Below are positions 36,586-39,868 of a stretch of DNA of 39,868 nt, piece after piece; position 1 is the first letter of the stretch; each line of letters opens with the position of its first letter. The stretch comes from a virus (lineage: Duplodnaviria; Caudoviricetes): IMG/VR virus record IMGVR_UViG_3300023105_001971, positions 1 to 39,868 of that record. One strand, given 5' to 3'. The notes beneath the pieces were generated by a model. The model saw only the letters and a program-made list of their open reading frames with translations, was not told the origin of the DNA and made no database searches. Made by a program: the position numbers and the translations under genes.

Positions 36586-37370
36586 TAGAACTAGATAAAA
36601 ATAAAAAAAGTATAGGAATAATTGGGTGTAGTTATACACATTGGCATGATGGAAACTGTGAACTTGAAAGTTATCCTGCATTAATTGCAAAAAAATATAA
36701 TGAATATAACGTTGTTGATTTAAGTATGCCAGGATCTTCAAATGATTCGGCATATATTAGATTACGCTCTTTTGAAAAATTACATAATATAAAGTTTGAT
36801 AAAGTGATTTTTCAAATAACTCATTATGGTAGATTTTTACACATGCCTCAATATAACGTAAAAAACACCGATATATTTAGAGAATACCGTCAACTCAAAA
36901 ATTATATCTACACAGACGGAAATTGGAAAGACGAAAATTGGGATACTATTACTTCTTCGTATTTAATTTCTCCTAGTTTGATTTTCAAAGTTTGGTATAG
37001 AGAAAGACTTGATTTTTTGTCTAACCATTTTCGGATAAAAGTCAAAGACTTACAAAAATGGTTATATCATTATTTAGAATCTGATATGTTATCATTAGTT
37101 CTTGAAAAAGAAATGCATGTGATAAATGGAATTTATGGAAAAGACAATGTTCTATTGTTTTCGTGGCATGCAGGAATCGATAGCAGCGATTTGACATCAT
37201 TTGAAAAATGTGATTTTCCAGAAAACTATATAGGATCAATGGCAGAAATGATTGGACCTAAGACTTTTTTTAAATTAGGAATTGACGATGCTCCGCATTA
37301 TGATCGAATCGGAAACGGAATAGTTTTTAAACACCTAAAACCACGTTTAGATAAATTATTAACACCTTAA
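36582..37370 (+). CDS. SGNH-like protein (GCS variant)
   Basis: 'IIGCSYT', 'DLSMPGSSN', 'FQITHYGR', C-terminal 'DDAPHY'. Confidence 0.65.
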   Translation: MIELDKNKKSIGIIGCSYTHWHDGNCELESYPALIAKKYNEYNVVDLSMPGSSNDSAYIRLRSFEKLHNIKFDKVIFQITHYGRFLHMPQYNVKNTDIFREYRQLKNYIYTDGNWKDENWDTITSSYLISPSLIFKVWYRERLDFLSNHFRIKVKDLQKWLYHYLESDMLSLVLEKEMHVINGIYGKDNVLLFSWHAGIDSSDLTSFEKCDFPENYIGSMAEMIGPKTFFKLGIDDAPHYDRIGNGIVFKHLKPRLDKLLTP

Positions 37371-37378
37371 AATAAGTA
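37371..37378 (+). promoter_or_regulatory. AATAAGTA late-promoter-like motif
   Basis: Lies in the 16-bp gap before ATG 37387, with an 8-nt spacer and no SD. Confidence 0.45.
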
Positions 37379-37386
37379 CGTATATA

Positions 37387-38802
37387 ATGACAGAAAAAAC
37401 ATATACATCAGACACATTTTGTATTCTACCATGGGTGCATCTAAGCACAAGACCAGACGGTAGTATGAGAGTATGTTGCACAGCAAATGCAAGCAGTGTT
37501 GGTGCAACCAATGATAAAGAACACGGCGGACAAGTTGGCATACTAAAAACAGATGATGGCAAGCCCAACAACTTGAATGTGACAGATTTTCAAACTGCTT
37601 GGAATAGTCAGTATATGTGCAATGTTCGCAAACAAATGCTAAACGGTGAAAAACCGCCTAGTTGTTTAAAGTGTTATAGAGAAGAAGAAGCAGGACATAA
37701 TAGTAAACGTATGTGGGAAACTGCATATTGGAGCCAGCGTGTAGATGTAGATAAACTTATTGCAGACACAAACAAAGATGGCAGTGTTCCGCCTAACCTA
37801 GCATACATTGATTTGCGATTTGGCACCAAGTGTCAACTTGCCTGTGTAATGTGTTCACCGCACGATAGTAGCGGATGGATCAAAGACTACAAAAAAATAT
37901 TTCCTGCTGTGCAAAATGCATCACTTAAAGAAACAATGCAATGGCAAGACAAAGGCAGCACAAATGGCAGTAGTTACAATTGGCACAAACAAAATCCAGT
38001 ATTTTGGCAACAATTCTATGAACAAATGCCTAGTATGCAGCAAATTTATTTTGCTGGCGGTGAAAGTCTTATCATTGAAGAACATTATGAAATACTTGAA
38101 CATGCAATTAAAATGGGCTATGCAAAAGATCTTGAATTGCGTTACAACAGCAATGGTGTTGAGTGGAGAGAAGATTTGTTTGACCTATGGAAAGAGTTTA
38201 AATTAGTACGTTTTCATTACAGTGTAGACAGTATACACGAAATGAACGACTATATTCGTTATCCTAGCAAATGGACACGCACACAGGAAGTGTTTCATAT
38301 ATTAGACAATGAAACAAGTAATAATGTTGAAATAACTATTGCTTGTGCAGTTCAGGCACTTAACATCTATTATATTCCAGATTTTATCAAATGGAAACTT
38401 GAACAAGGATTTAAAAAGATTAACATGTGGCCATTTGGCGCAGGAGGTGTAAACTATCACTTTGTGTATCATCCACCACATCTAAATGTTAAAGTGCTAC
38501 CAGCATGGTTCAAAGCAGAAGTGCGTAAAAAGTATGAAGAATTTTATCCCTGGTGGGAAGCAAATTGGGAAAAGGGTATTCCGAGTTGGCACAAAGGCAA
38601 AGTAGATTATGACAAGTGGCGTGATGCTGGATACGGTATTAAACGACTACAGGGTATGTTAAACTTTATGGAAAGCGATGACTGGAGTGTGCGTTTGCCG
38701 GAGATGCGAGAATTTTTAGAATTGTGCGATAAGCAACGTGGATTAAACTGGCAAGAAGTATTTCCTGAAATGGCAGACATATTTGAAACGGAGACAGCAT
38801 GA
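37387..38802 (+). CDS. Radical SAM protein, long type (paralog of 19449..20831)
   Basis: FCILPW...VCC...CLKC, CQLACVMCSPHDSS, AGGES, 'YIRYP', FPEM. Confidence 0.9.
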   Translation: MTEKTYTSDTFCILPWVHLSTRPDGSMRVCCTANASSVGATNDKEHGGQVGILKTDDGKPNNLNVTDFQTAWNSQYMCNVRKQMLNGEKPPSCLKCYREEEAGHNSKRMWETAYWSQRVDVDKLIADTNKDGSVPPNLAYIDLRFGTKCQLACVMCSPHDSSGWIKDYKKIFPAVQNASLKETMQWQDKGSTNGSSYNWHKQNPVFWQQFYEQMPSMQQIYFAGGESLIIEEHYEILEHAIKMGYAKDLELRYNSNGVEWREDLFDLWKEFKLVRFHYSVDSIHEMNDYIRYPSKWTRTQEVFHILDNETSNNVEITIACAVQALNIYYIPDFIKWKLEQGFKKINMWPFGAGGVNYHFVYHPPHLNVKVLPAWFKAEVRKKYEEFYPWWEANWEKGIPSWHKGKVDYDKWRDAGYGIKRLQGMLNFMESDDWSVRLPEMREFLELCDKQRGLNWQEVFPEMADIFETETA

Positions 38803-39356
38803 TTATTACAGGTAACAAAAACTCTGGACTGGCAGGCGCATTGTATAAATTGTATCCTGATGCTGTGTTTGTAAGTAGAAATACAGGGTTTGATTTAACA
38901 ATCAAAAAAGATCAAGAACGTTTTGCTGAATTAGCAACAGAGCATGATGTTTTTATTAATAACAGTGTTATGTGGAAGTTTCAACAAACTGTTTTATTAA
39001 ATGAAGTTTATCACAAGTGTATCGAGAAAAAACATGATATGCACATTGTAAATATCAGTAGTACTACTGATCGTGTTAAAAAAGGCGGCAGTTGGTTATA
39101 TAATGCAGAAAAGAAAGCATTACGTGATTATTCAAATACGCTTGGACTAAATGGTGTTTGGAATGAAGGTCCTAAATTATCTTTAATCAGCGTTGGCACG
39201 TTAAGCAATAAACAAGACAAACACCCAAATAGAAATACACTAGATATAGACGTTGCTGCACAATATATTAAATGGGTAATAGATCAACCGAGACATATTG
39301 CAATTAATGAATTAAGTATTGATCCTATGCAACCCGATGAATGGTATGAGGAATAA
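38799..39356 (+). CDS. Short-chain dehydrogenase/reductase (compact, 185 aa)
   Basis: 'IITGNKNSGLAG', 'VFINNS', 'IVNISS', 'YNAEK' (YxxxK). Confidence 0.8.
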   Translation: MIITGNKNSGLAGALYKLYPDAVFVSRNTGFDLTIKKDQERFAELATEHDVFINNSVMWKFQQTVLLNEVYHKCIEKKHDMHIVNISSTTDRVKKGGSWLYNAEKKALRDYSNTLGLNGVWNEGPKLSLISVGTLSNKQDKHPNRNTLDIDVAAQYIKWVIDQPRHIAINELSIDPMQPDEWYEE

Positions 39357-39359
39357 ATT

Positions 39360-39868
39360 ATGAGTTGCACATTCTGCCCACTACCGTGGAACAGTATTAA
39401 CCTAAGAAACAATGGTGATTTACGTATTTGCTGTAACACAAACAGTTATAGTCCGCAACGTGGTATTATGAAAAAAGAAGATGGTACTACATACAATGCG
39501 GGCAAAGACGACTGGAATGAAGCACGTAATGCGCCAATTTTAAAAGAAGTACGTGCAGCAATGCTTAAAGGTGAATGGCATCCTGAATGTGAACGTTGTA
39601 GACAAGAAGAAATTAACGGTATTCGTAGTCGTAGAGAATATGAATCTGATGACTGGGCTAAATGGTTTGGCAATCATATCGATTTAGAAAAAGCACAAGA
39701 AATTACAGAAGAAGACGGAACACTTGATGTAAGTAAACAAGATATTAATTTTGTTGACATACGTTATGGAAACTTTTGTAATTTAAAATGTCGTATGTGT
39801 GGCCCAACTGACAGTCATAAGTGGTATGAAGATCATGTTAAAATTACTGGCAGAACACACTATACAGA
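39360..39868 (+). CDS. Radical SAM protein, long type (3' end beyond the window; absent from the ORF track)
   Basis: Read by hand: MSCTFCPLPWNSINLRNNGDLRICC...CERC...DIRYGNFCNLKCRMCGPTDS; GAGG SD; no stop before the window edge. Confidence 0.9.
   Translation, partial: MSCTFCPLPWNSINLRNNGDLRICCNTNSYSPQRGIMKKEDGTTYNAGKDDWNEARNAPILKEVRAAMLKGEWHPECERCRQEEINGIRSRREYESDDWAKWFGNHIDLEKAQEITEEDGTLDVSKQDINFVDIRYGNFCNLKCRMCGPTDSHKWYEDHVKITGRTHYT

Noticed and set aside
36582-37370. SGNH gene as a recently inserted foreign cassette (looks more AT-rich with different Ser codons)
   Set aside because: Impression by eye only; no flanking repeats or mobility genes; needs a codon-usage calculation
171-39673. 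Numerous 60-180 aa antisense or alternate-frame ORFs in the track (e.g. 33313..33825, 34654..35157, 36217..36753, 39446..39673)
   Set aside because: They lie within or across well-supported genes, have no motifs or RBS, and are typical shadow ORFs
1-39868. CRISPR array, tRNA/rRNA, IS element or integrase
   Set aside because: No regularly spaced direct repeats, no intergenic space large enough for RNA genes, and no transposase or recombinase motifs seen
1-39868. Stop-codon reassignment as in some jumbo phages
   Set aside because: Standard code gives near-complete coding density, and TAA, TGA and TAG (e.g. 15247, 17813, 18853) all end genes at sensible positions
3529-39868. Classical RiPP biosynthetic gene cluster
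   Set aside because: No clear leader/core precursor, PqqD/RRE domain, peptidase or transporter; context is dominated by sugar enzymes (74-aa ORF kept only as a weak candidate)

Overview
AT-rich, gene-dense 39.9 kb segment with about 44 tightly packed or overlapping CDSs and almost no intergenic DNA. It contains no rRNA, tRNA, CRISPR array or transposase that I can see. Gene style, a tail-fibre-like repeat protein, T4-late-like TAA(A/G)TA promoter motifs and leaderless starts suggest a large (jumbo-type) dsDNA phage. This is an inference: no capsid, terminase or polymerase hallmark lies in the window. Nearly the whole window is one enzyme cluster: 13 radical SAM proteins (7 long with an N-terminal SPASM/twitch-like Cys cluster, 5 short with a C-terminal Cys cluster, 1 other), 8 SGNH-like proteins (7 with GCS instead of GDS), 4 GT-A-type and 3 GT10-like ('T/SEKT') glycosyltransferase-like proteins, 2 paralogous class I methyltransferases, 3 2OG-Fe(II)/AspH-like oxygenases, an amidinotransferase, a miniature DegT-type PLP aminotransferase, an NDP-sugar epimerase/dehydratase, a short SDR, a QueC-like PP-loop ATPase and a degenerate kinase-like protein. 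The best working hypothesis is an uncharacterised virus-encoded pathway that builds and heavily tailors an amino/guanidino-sugar glycan, for virion, host-surface or DNA decoration. Regulation is unusually compact, including a perfect 20-bp palindrome that holds two divergent start codons and both putative promoters.
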